64,000 nt of DNA, from assembly GCA_964633875.1 (NCBI GenBank), contig CAZWKL010000001.1, positions 53,530-117,529 of the forward strand, given 5' to 3'. The stretch is from an uncultured Pseudomonadales bacterium (GTDB lineage Bacteria; Patescibacteriota; Microgenomatia; UBA1400; PJMF01). The notes below the pieces were generated by a model. It had not been told where the DNA came from, searched no databases, and worked only from the letters and a program-made list of their open reading frames with translations. This document shows, one piece after another, positions 48,927-56,785 of the stretch (position 1 is the first letter of the stretch; each line of letters starts with the position of its first letter). Both the position numbers and the translations under genes were made by a program.

Positions 48927-49702
48927 CTATTCAAAAGAGCCAGTCTAATAACTGAACTAGCTCTAGAAAGCTGCAAAGAGAGGTCTTGTTTAAACAGTTG
49001 CCACTGCAAGTTAAGGGTCTCTGCTACAGCTTTTAAAATTACCTTGGTACTATTACCGGTAGGCTGACCAATAAATCTTTGGTAATGTTGAACACCAACC
49101 TGAGTAATATTAAAGCGCATTCTATAGGTTTTGAGAAGCATCTCTGTAGAGATCATGGCCCCATCAGAGAAAAGTGGTTCAATTTCAACCAAAACTCTCT
49201 TGTGGATAAGTTTAAAGGCACAATCAATGTCTTTAACTTCCTTGGGGAAATTAAGCATAATTCGATTCCAAACTTTTAAAGCAGAGGTAAGTAGATGCCG
49301 TTTCCAACCTTCAGCTCTTTCTAAACGGTATCCAATGACAAGATCACTTTCATCAACGTACTCTATAAAGTGGATAATTTCTGAAATGTCGAATTGTAAG
49401 TCACTGTCAGTGAAGAAAACCCATTCATATTGAGCTTCCTTAAAACCTCTTTTCAGAGCTCCGCCGTAACCTCGGTTTGTTTGAGTCACTACTCTTACTT
49501 TTGGATATTTCTTAGCTAGGCGCTTACTAATTTGCAGAGTTGAGTCGGTGCTTCCATCGTTTATGATGACTATTTCGAATTTTTTAGCTACTTTTGAAGC
49601 AACCGCCAGAGCTTGCTTGACAACTTCCTCAATATTTCCTGCTTCGTTATAAGCCGGAAAGAAAATCGATAATTCTGATAATCGCTTGAGTTTAGTTTTC
49701 AT
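48923..49702 (-). CDS. Family-2 glycosyltransferase, polyprenyl-phosphate (dolichol-P-mannose synthase-like) type
   Basis: LSIFFPAYNEAGNIEEVV...FEIVIINDGSTDSTLQI...NRGYGGALKRGF...VFFTDSDLQFD. DxD and GT-A fold motifs typical of DPM1/GtrB/ArnC-like enzymes. 259 aa. Confidence 0.8.
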   Translation of the reverse strand: MKTKLKRLSELSIFFPAYNEAGNIEEVVKQALAVASKVAKKFEIVIINDGSTDSTLQISKRLAKKYPKVRVVTQTNRGYGGALKRGFKEAQYEWVFFTDSDLQFDISEIIHFIEYVDESDLVIGYRLERAEGWKRHLLTSALKVWNRIMLNFPKEVKDIDCAFKLIHKRVLVEIEPLFSDGAMISTEMLLKTYRMRFNITQVGVQHYQRFIGQPTGNSTKVILKAVAETLNLQWQLFKQDLSLQLSRASSVIRLALLNR

Positions 49703-49926
49703 CTGATATTTTTTTCCTCAAGGCATTTTTTATATAAGTCTTGAACAGGATACCAGACTGCAGCACCATCTTCTTCTGTGATGCTATAACGTGAACTTTG
49801 GGCACACTGAAACTTGGCTTCATTCTCAATTTCTTTTTCTTTTAATTCAGAAAATCTAATGATAGCGAAAACAATTGCTCCTACAAGAGAAAATATGCCA
49901 ATTAAGATTAGTAGACCTTGTTTCAT
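49699..49926 (-). CDS. Small single-TM protein (75 aa) overlapping the start of the GT2 gene
   Basis: MKQGLLILIGIFSLVGAIVFAIIRFSELKEKEIENEAKFQ... One TM helix and two Cys. 4-nt overlap suggests translational coupling to the GT2 gene. Confidence 0.35.
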   Translation of the reverse strand: MKQGLLILIGIFSLVGAIVFAIIRFSELKEKEIENEAKFQCAQSSRYSITEEDGAAVWYPVQDLYKKCLEEKNIR

Positions 49927-50022
49927 ATTACTTTCTCATGAATAAAGCTACTTATTAAAAATGCAAGTATGAGGTTTTCAAAAAGGCCAAGGCAATTTTT
50001 GCCTTGGCCTTTTTAGTTGCGC

Positions 50023-51294
50023 TTAAGGAGTTGACACCGTTTCGGCACGAATCAATCTAAATTGATACCTTGGTGTTCCATCTTCGTGGTTGCCCCATTG
50101 CATTCTTTCCACAGTCACTACAGTAACCTTTTCGCAGTTTTCTGGTAAGTCGCACTGACCAATGAAACCTGTTTCAGGGACTCCTTGACCAAGTCTGGCT
50201 CGATAATGATTTATCAGTCTTTGTTCTGTTTCTTGAACGTGATCAGGTTCACCGTTCCAAATTCGACCCCAACCTTGGAATCCAGCCTCAACGTGAACTG
50301 AATTGGTGGGAAATCTATATACATTATCAGTTCTGTTAATGATAAGCACTAATACGGCTCGTCCTGGTCCGCCCTCGACTCGCCCAATTCCCGGCAGTTC
50401 AGCATATTCTCCAGTATGAACCATCCAGCTATACATAGGAACCTGAGGACCAGACTCATGATTGGAATACTGGTTGTAATCATTAGTTCCATCCGTGTAT
50501 CCTGCCAATGGTGGAAAACCATTTAACTCGGCATTTAAGTAAGCTTGGAAATCTGCTGCGTTATCAGGAATTGGATCAAGCACTTTCGGTTCAATATCAC
50601 TCAATCTTAGTTCTGAATCAGGAGTGAAACCTTCTGCAGCAGAGAGATCAATTTCAGAAACGTTGCTGTCAGAGTCCATTAATTGAAACATGCTGTTTTC
50701 ACCCTCTGCCGCGCTAGCATAAGGCTGATCCCAATATGAAGCTTCTCCTGATGGTGCGGAAATAGTTTCGGTAGTTGTTACAGTAGTTGTTGAAACAACA
50801 TCTAATGAATTCTCTTCTATTTTTTCAGTACTTGGTGTTTCTGCAACAACTTCTTCTTCTATATCCGTATTTTCTAAAGATTCTAACTCAGCCCGATCTG
50901 TGTCAGCGCCAGTCACTTCTTCAGCTTCTTTGATTACATCAGTTTCTACCTCCTCTAATATTTCCAGATCAACCTGAGGGGTGGCTTGCGCCTCAGCCTC
51001 AATAGCGGCAACTCGTTCCTCTACGGAACCAAGCCGTTCGTTCAATTGATTCAAATTGGTCTCAAGCCCTGCTTCCACTCTATCCGCAGCTTGTCTGGCA
51101 GCCTCATCTGCTATAAGAGCCGAGTTTTGATCACTACTGTCACGACAGGCAACGGTAGTGGCAATGACAGTTAAACCTAGAGCACCGGCGGCGACATTTT
51201 TTCCATCCAACCCTCTGTTTTCTGGTTTTTCTGGGAAACGTTGTGACATGATTTTTTCCTTATAATTACTAACATTCAATGTGATTGGATCCAA
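50023..51294 (-). CDS. Secreted or possibly lipidated hypothetical protein with a coiled-coil, an acidic low-complexity region and a C-terminal globular domain
   Basis: N-terminal signal (VAAGALGLTVIATTVAC, with a possible lipobox TVAC). Coiled-coil (AARQAADRVEAGLETNLNQLNERLGSVEERVAAIEAE). D/E-rich segment. No family recognised. Confidence 0.4.
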   Translation of the reverse strand: MDPITLNVSNYKEKIMSQRFPEKPENRGLDGKNVAAGALGLTVIATTVACRDSSDQNSALIADEAARQAADRVEAGLETNLNQLNERLGSVEERVAAIEAEAQATPQVDLEILEEVETDVIKEAEEVTGADTDRAELESLENTDIEEEVVAETPSTEKIEENSLDVVSTTTVTTTETISAPSGEASYWDQPYASAAEGENSMFQLMDSDSNVSEIDLSAAEGFTPDSELRLSDIEPKVLDPIPDNAADFQAYLNAELNGFPPLAGYTDGTNDYNQYSNHESGPQVPMYSWMVHTGEYAELPGIGRVEGGPGRAVLVLIINRTDNVYRFPTNSVHVEAGFQGWGRIWNGEPDHVQETEQRLINHYRARLGQGVPETGFIGQCDLPENCEKVTVVTVERMQWGNHEDGTPRYQFRLIRAETVSTP

Positions 51295-51387
51295 TCACAT
51301 TATTATATTTATATCAAAGTATATAATATCATTATATGGCTGTTCTTGTCAATAGTTTAATATTTAGATAAATATATAATAAGAACT

Positions 51388-54300
51388 CTATTGGAGTTCA
51401 GTAAACAAATCTTCTAACTCGGAAAGATCAATTTCAGCAAATATGTTTTTGATCAACTTATTAATGCCCACAGTCGGTTTAGAACCTGAGAAGGCTAGAG
51501 CTTGCGCCTGATGCCTGAGCGTGTCAGTTAAGTAGATAGCAAAACTATTTCTAACTCTATCGAGATAAGCGAGCAATTTACCTCTCAACTTTTCCTGCTC
51601 GTCTTTATCGACTAAGTTGAAATCAAACGCAAGCTGATTGTTTGGTTGTTTGTCCTGATAAGCTTGATATTTTTGCCAAAATTCGGTTAAAATCTGCCCC
51701 AATTCAGATTCACCGACCTGAAAAATCCGCAGTCGCTGATTCATCAACTCTGCCAGTATTTTTTGAGCTAACCTGGTTTGTTCGATTGATTTGAGAGTGC
51801 TAGCCAACTGGTTATACTCAGCATCATCAGCTAATGCAATAATTTTTTCAAGCACTTGACTAGTCAGGCGTGACGCCGATCCGGGTTCCAGAGCATTTCT
51901 CAACTTGGTAACTAATTTCTGCACCCTTGATTTATTGATGACTTCTTTAATTTCGAGACCATTAAAGTGTATGCTACGAGAACCAGGTTCACCGTTTCTG
52001 GCCGCTCTACCAGACATTTGTTTAATCAATCTATTAATCCAGCCCGCCGTAGCCGAAGTTGCTTGAGGACAAACGATGACGTGTAAACCACCGTTTTCAA
52101 TGATCGTTTCGGTTTGGTCCGGCAAATTAAAAGCTGCAAGGATAGCCTCGAGGGTTTCGTTTGAGATTCCTGTACCGGCAAAAATTTGTTTTAGAACCAG
52201 CTCATCGTTGATAGTTAAAATTCGATCAGTAAGCACTTGAGCTCGTTGTTTAAGGGCCTTATCTATTGATTTCAACAAGCTATTTTCCGAGGCCTCTGGG
52301 AATCGAGTCTTCATCTCTGCAAGGATTGTAATTTTCTCTAGTTCCAACAGTTCGCTAATACTGTTTTGAAGTGTATTGGCAAAAATTTCCTTGACATTAC
52401 CGCCTAAAACTACATCTGTACCTCGGCCGGCCATATTGGTAGCGATCACTATTTTCCCATATCCTTCGGAATCTAGCCTGGCAGCTTCGTTAATAATCAG
52501 CGATTCTTCTTTTGCATTTTCTGGCCGACCATTTAAGAGTTCGTGAACTATGCCAGATTTTTTTAAAGCCGCACTAATGCGCTCTGATTGCTCAATGGTT
52601 TGAGTGGCAACCAAAATTGGCCTACCTGCTTGACTTATGGTCTGAATTTCTTGAACAATCGCTTGGATTTGACCGGATTCATCGTCATGAATTTGTGGTG
52701 AAAAAGTGTTGATTTCTCTAAAAACCTGGTCGCCAACACGATATTCCAGAACAACACTACCATCACTGTTTTGAACAGCCGAGGCAATCAGCGGCTCTTT
52801 AGCGCCGACCTTATTAAGTAGTTGAAATAAGTGGTGAGGAGGAAAACTGACAGCTTTAGTATGGAACAAGTGTGCGAACATCTCTGTAATCTGAGGAGTT
52901 AAGCTGCCGCTCATGCCGGCTACCTTGTGGTGATTTTCAGCATAAAATCCAAACAGAGTGGTCACCGCTGAAACTTCTGGTTGCTCCATTAATGGCAACC
53001 CTTCCTTAATGCTGAGAGCGCCATGTAAACCTTGGGTATAATGGCTATTCGGTTGAATTCTACCGGTAGTTGGGTCAATAATAATTACTTGGTCATCCAC
53101 AACGATATAATCTACGTCTCGCTGCAACGAATAATTTGCTTTTAGGGCTAGTTGAAGATGGGCTTGAAATTCGTCATTTTGCCAGATTTCCTCTTGATCT
53201 GGGTTGAGTCCGAGAGTGTGCAATTGAGGTGAATGCTTCATTCTGCTGGCGATTAAATCCCAACCCTCATCGGTTAAAGAAATGCTACGATCATTGGCAT
53301 GGAAATCATAATGATGGTCGGCAGCGTGATATTTTTTTTCCAAAGCAGAAAATTCTTCCTGGGTTACTCTGAGTTGCTTTTCTAGAACTTGTTTCTGGTA
53401 GTTATCCGACTTTAGAGTAGCTTGTTCGGCGCGCTTGGTTAGTAACGCGATTTTATCATCTAATTGATTGAGCTTTCGCCCTAAAGAGTACTTGTCTGTA
53501 AGACCTATCACTATTTTTTGGCAAGCCGCAAGCAATGGTTCGTTGATGGGCTCAATTAACTGATCGGCCAAGATAAGCGGGCTAGTTTGATCAACGATCG
53601 AATCAACTTCATCAAAAATGATGAATCTTGGCATTAGTGGTTTCCCGTGCTTGTAGTCAAGCCTAATTTCATCTGATTTTTTGGCGCACTGATCACGGAG
53701 ATAGGCAAAGGGCAAGGCATTATTTTCGCAATAAACAATATCGGCGCTTAAAGCCATTCTGGGGGTGCAAGGTATAGGTGCATTTTGTTGCGGGCTTTTA
53801 TTATCGGCTTGATCCGAGTTTGGGGGGACAAGTATAAAAGCTAGCTCATCATCTTTGCCTAAAAAAGCCGCACTCAAACCTAAGGCGTTATAAATTTTTC
53901 CCATTTTTTCCATGTCTCTTCTGCCAAGGTAATCATTGGGCACCACAATATGTACGCCTTGATCAATTAAAGAGTTGAGAATGGCAGCTGTAGCCGCGAT
54001 AATGGTTTTGCCAGTGCCAGTGGGAATGTCAGCCATCGAGCCTTCGTGTAGAGCTAAACTTGCTGCCAACTGAACGTCATAAGGTTTTAGGTTTAGCTCT
54101 TGGTGAAAAACCTCCCTCACGAGAGCGAAAACTCGTGGAGCATATTCGGTTAGACGTTGATCGATCAGCTGGTCACTAGCTTCGGGATTAGAGGCAAGCC
54201 AGGTTGTCAATTCCTGGCGAATTTTTTCAAAAACAGCTTTGGGCTGTAGTGGTTCAGCCTCGGCTGGTTTAAGCAGCTGAGCCTGAGCCTCAACTTCAGT

Positions 54301-54558
54301 GAGAAAAGGCCGTATGGCTGCAGGGTCAAAATTAGCAACAGTGTCGCCAAAACCCCAGGGATTAACTGATGACTCAGTTTTGAGCTTATTTTTAATAACC
54401 TTAAGCCAGTTTTTAACTTCCGGAAAAAGGGAGCGTGGTTCGCTAATTTCTCTTCTGAGTCGGTCCGGACTGATCATATAGGGAGCAGGTTGCTGCTTAA
54501 AGTATATATCAGAAGTTTGATGATGGGCTATGTTGAACCGTCTAATTACTCGAAACAA
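51388..54558 (-). CDS. Highly divergent SecA-family preprotein translocase ATPase paralog (SecA2-like), 1056 aa
   Basis: SecA DEAD-motor blocks: PYDVQLAASLALHEGSMADIPTGTGKTIIAATAAILNSL..GVHIVVPNDYLGRRDMEKM (SecA has TGEGKT...VHVVTVNDYLA.RD); ADIVYCENNALPFAYLRD...FDEVDSIVDQTSPLILAD (SecA [37 protein letters not shown]); MSGSLTPQITEMF..LFHTKAVSFP (GMTGTA..E..EF...Y.L.VV.IPT); ATNMAGRGTDVVLGGN (identical to SecA motif VI). The listed start at 54558 is a TTG codon; the first ATG is at 54477 (MISPDRL). The N-terminus is ~55-80 aa longer than canonical SecA and there is an insertion after motif II. Confidence 0.75.
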   Translation of the reverse strand: MFRVIRRFNIAHHQTSDIYFKQQPAPYMISPDRLRREISEPRSLFPEVKNWLKVIKNKLKTESSVNPWGFGDTVANFDPAAIRPFLTEVEAQAQLLKPAEAEPLQPKAVFEKIRQELTTWLASNPEASDQLIDQRLTEYAPRVFALVREVFHQELNLKPYDVQLAASLALHEGSMADIPTGTGKTIIAATAAILNSLIDQGVHIVVPNDYLGRRDMEKMGKIYNALGLSAAFLGKDDELAFILVPPNSDQADNKSPQQNAPIPCTPRMALSADIVYCENNALPFAYLRDQCAKKSDEIRLDYKHGKPLMPRFIIFDEVDSIVDQTSPLILADQLIEPINEPLLAACQKIVIGLTDKYSLGRKLNQLDDKIALLTKRAEQATLKSDNYQKQVLEKQLRVTQEEFSALEKKYHAADHHYDFHANDRSISLTDEGWDLIASRMKHSPQLHTLGLNPDQEEIWQNDEFQAHLQLALKANYSLQRDVDYIVVDDQVIIIDPTTGRIQPNSHYTQGLHGALSIKEGLPLMEQPEVSAVTTLFGFYAENHHKVAGMSGSLTPQITEMFAHLFHTKAVSFPPHHLFQLLNKVGAKEPLIASAVQNSDGSVVLEYRVGDQVFREINTFSPQIHDDESGQIQAIVQEIQTISQAGRPILVATQTIEQSERISAALKKSGIVHELLNGRPENAKEESLIINEAARLDSEGYGKIVIATNMAGRGTDVVLGGNVKEIFANTLQNSISELLELEKITILAEMKTRFPEASENSLLKSIDKALKQRAQVLTDRILTINDELVLKQIFAGTGISNETLEAILAAFNLPDQTETIIENGGLHVIVCPQATSATAGWINRLIKQMSGRAARNGEPGSRSIHFNGLEIKEVINKSRVQKLVTKLRNALEPGSASRLTSQVLEKIIALADDAEYNQLASTLKSIEQTRLAQKILAELMNQRLRIFQVGESELGQILTEFWQKYQAYQDKQPNNQLAFDFNLVDKDEQEKLRGKLLAYLDRVRNSFAIYLTDTLRHQAQALAFSGSKPTVGINKLIKNIFAEIDLSELEDLFTELQ

Positions 54559-54609
54559 CCCGTATATTTCCAGGAGTCAAGAGTCTTTAGCATGTTGAAA
54601 CGCAGTTAA

Positions 54610-54972
54610 TTATTTGATTTTTCTTTTAACAGCGTAAGCGCCGACACCGGTGGTTAAAATACCAACTACCGCCAGTGTTGATTGCAGGTCTAAACTTGTG
54701 TAAACTTCTGAGGCATCGTGCACTCTTGCCAGTACCCGACCGCCAGCTTTAGCAACTTTCTGCTTCTGCTTGCAAACTTGCTCAGCTTTGGTTTTGCAGT
54801 TGGTAACTTGACCGTAAGCGCCGGCCTCACACTCGGTTTCGACCACCTGCTTACATTCTTGCTCTTGCTTGGCCAGGACATCATTATCGTCCTCAGCTTT
54901 GACGTTACCGGTAGTACCGGCCACGGCAGCCAGGGCTATCAACAGAGCCAAAAACATTTGTTTAATCTTCAT
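54610..54972 (-). CDS. Small exported protein with two C-x7-C pairs and a C-terminal hydrophobic segment plus KRKIK tail (cell-wall-sorting-signal-like or membrane anchor)
   Basis: Signal peptide MKIKQMFLALLIALAAVAGTTGNVKA. CKQVVETEC ... CKTKAEQVC. C-terminus LAVVGILTTGVGAYAVKRKIK. Driven by a consensus promoter (see the 55051..55079 feature). Confidence 0.4.
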   Translation of the reverse strand: MKIKQMFLALLIALAAVAGTTGNVKAEDDNDVLAKQEQECKQVVETECEAGAYGQVTNCKTKAEQVCKQKQKVAKAGGRVLARVHDASEVYTSLDLQSTLAVVGILTTGVGAYAVKRKIK

Positions 54973-55050
54973 AATATTTCTTTCAGCAAGGTGGGGCAGA
55001 TTCTTGGCTTGAAGGTAAAAAATAGTTTCAAATTATTACAATTAAGAGGC

Positions 55051-55079
55051 ATTATAAGCGCGGCATGGCCCTTTGTCAA
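55051..55079 (-). promoter_or_regulatory. Consensus sigma70 promoter (-35 TTGACA, 17-bp spacer, -10 TATAAT) reading into the minus-strand locus
   Basis: Minus strand: TTGACAaagggccatgccgcgctTATAAT. Perfect hexamers, ~70 nt upstream of the ATG at 54972. Confidence 0.55.
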
Positions 55080-55096
55080 TAGTTATAGGGCTGTGA

Positions 55097-55287
55097 GGAA
55101 ATGGTAATAGTTGTGTCAGAACGACTCGCAGCCCAAACCTTACAGTAACCAAGCCTCTAGACGACTACGAAAAAGAACTGGCCGACTTTCTTGAAAAAGG
55201 AGAGTATGTTAGTGATCCTAATTTTGCTGAGACTAAAGCCATGATCGAAGAGGCCGCTAAAAGGAATTTAAGCAGCACCTCAGATTA
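55097..55287 (+). pseudogene. Remnant of a BrnA-like (COG3514/DUF4415-type) antitoxin gene, lacking a start codon and the C-terminal ribbon-helix-helix part
   Basis: The frame translates to ...TKPLDDYEKELADFLEKGEYVSDPNFAETKAMIEEAAKRNLSSTSD*. This resembles the N-terminal EExELLEAFEKGExxSVxNxEExKxxxxEAAK region of BrnA-family antitoxins. There is no ATG/GTG/TTG in frame after the upstream stop, and the stop comes before the expected DNA-binding half. Family assignment is from memory only. Confidence 0.3.
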
Positions 55288-55330
55288 AAACTACACTTCT
55301 TGCAAGCTTAGAATGTTAAAATGTGCTTAA

Positions 55331-56362
55331 TTGCAAAATAAGGACATTACTATGGTGCCAAAAAACCGACCACAAGAAAGTGAATTAATTTTATATCGCA
55401 CTGCTGAGGGTGATATTACCGTAGATGTACTTTTTAAAGATGAAACAGTTTGGTTAACTCAAAAAAGAATGGCAGAACTATTTGATGTTGATAGGTCTGT
55501 AATTACAAAGCATCTAAAAAATATTTTTAGTGAAGGTGAGCTGAGTCAAAAAGCAGTTAGTGCAATTTTTGCACATACTGCTTCAGATGGTAAGACATAT
55601 AATACCAATTTCTACAACTTGGACGCAATCATCTCTCTTGGCTACAGGGTTAACTCCTCCCGAGCTACCCAATTTCGTATTTGGGCCACAAAAACACTAC
55701 GCAACTACATTATTAAAGGTTTTGCCATTGATGAAGCCAGGCTAAAAAATGGCTCACACTTTGGTAAAGACTACTTTGCCGAGTTACTCGAGAAAATTAG
55801 AGAAATTCGCGCCAGTGAGCGACGATTTTACCAAAAAATTACCGATTTGTACGCACAGGCAAGCATAGATTATGACCCAAAAGCGAAAATAACTCGAGAG
55901 TTTTTTGCCTCTGTTCAAAACAAACTGCACTGGGCAATTACGGGCAACACGGCAGCAGAGATTATTGCTGATCGAGCTGATGCTAATCAACCAAATATGG
56001 GTTTAAATACCTGGAAGAATGCGCCTAAGGGGAAAATTTTAAAAAGCGATACTCAGGTGGCAAAAAATTATTTATCACCAGATGAGCTGCAGAAGCTAAA
56101 TAGGATCGTTTCTATGTATTTAGATTATGCCGAATTGCAAGCAGAGCGACAGGTACCAATGAAAATGATGGATTGGATTGAACGATTAGATGCGTTTTTG
56201 CAGTTTAACGAATATGAGATACTAGATAATCCTGGTGAAGTTTCTACTGTGGTAGCAAAAAAATTAGCTAGTGATGAATATGATGAGTTTAGAGTTAAAC
56301 AAGATGAAGAATTTGAATCAGATTTTGATCAAGCTGTAAAGAAATTTTTGAAAAAAGCGTAG
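55331..56362 (+). CDS. RhuM-family protein (virulence-associated / DNA-binding, often found in defence and restriction-modification islands)
   Basis: N-terminal ELILYRTAEGDITVDVLFKDETVWLTQKRMAELFDVDRSVITKHLKNIFSEGEL...NFYNLDAIISLGYRVNSSRATQFRIWATKTLRNYIIKGFAIDEARLKNG matches the conserved RhuM core (xLYQTEDGxxxIxVxxxxETVWLxQxQMAELF...HxKNIxxEGEL...YNLDxIISVGYRVxSxRGTQFRxWAT). Confidence 0.8.
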   Translation: MQNKDITMVPKNRPQESELILYRTAEGDITVDVLFKDETVWLTQKRMAELFDVDRSVITKHLKNIFSEGELSQKAVSAIFAHTASDGKTYNTNFYNLDAIISLGYRVNSSRATQFRIWATKTLRNYIIKGFAIDEARLKNGSHFGKDYFAELLEKIREIRASERRFYQKITDLYAQASIDYDPKAKITREFFASVQNKLHWAITGNTAAEIIADRADANQPNMGLNTWKNAPKGKILKSDTQVAKNYLSPDELQKLNRIVSMYLDYAELQAERQVPMKMMDWIERLDAFLQFNEYEILDNPGEVSTVVAKKLASDEYDEFRVKQDEEFESDFDQAVKKFLKKA

Positions 56363-56501
56363 GACGTCCAAGCTTCACCAGCTATTCTCGTTTGTAATGA
56401 CGGAATGGCAGATTGGTTATACCAGCAAGCGAGAAACTTCTCCGGTTGTTTCTTTCGTTACCAAATCACCCTTGTCTTAAAACAACCCAAAAAAGTCCAT
56501 C

Positions 56502-56780
56502 ATGCACATCACCAACTGGCAAACCCACAAACAGCGCCTGCTTGCCAACCCGGCCTTCAAAAAGGAGCTGGACGATCTGGAGCTTAACTATCAAGTGGCT
56601 CGTTTGCTCATCGAGGCCCGGATTAAGAAAGGCCTAACTCAGCAGGAACTGGCTGCTTTAATCAACACCAAACAAGCGGTCATTTCTCGGGTAGAAACCG
56701 GTCAAACTATGCCGTCTTTATCGCTGCTCAAACGGTTGGCCGGAGCTTTGGGGACCACATTCAAACTAGAAATAAAATAA
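56502..56780 (+). CDS. XRE-family HTH DNA-binding protein, HigA-like antitoxin without an intact cognate toxin
   Basis: GLTQQELAALINTKQAVISRVETGQTMPSLSLLKRLAGALG is a classic HTH_XRE. The N-terminal WQTHKQRLLANPAFKKELDDLELNYQVARLLIEAR is typical of antitoxins paired with RelE/HigB-like toxins. Only ~140 nt of non-coding DNA lies upstream. Confidence 0.7.
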   Translation: MHITNWQTHKQRLLANPAFKKELDDLELNYQVARLLIEARIKKGLTQQELAALINTKQAVISRVETGQTMPSLSLLKRLAGALGTTFKLEIK

Positions 56781-56785
56781 CGCCT

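Noticed and set aside
56363-56501. Intact RelE/HigB-type toxin gene upstream of the XRE antitoxin-like gene
   Set aside because: Only 140 nt are available. The best frames give at most 45 residues without start or stop in proper context (e.g. ...CFFRYQITLVLKQPKKVHH...). Resemblance to RelE/HigB C-termini is too weak to call, so it is recorded only as possible debris.
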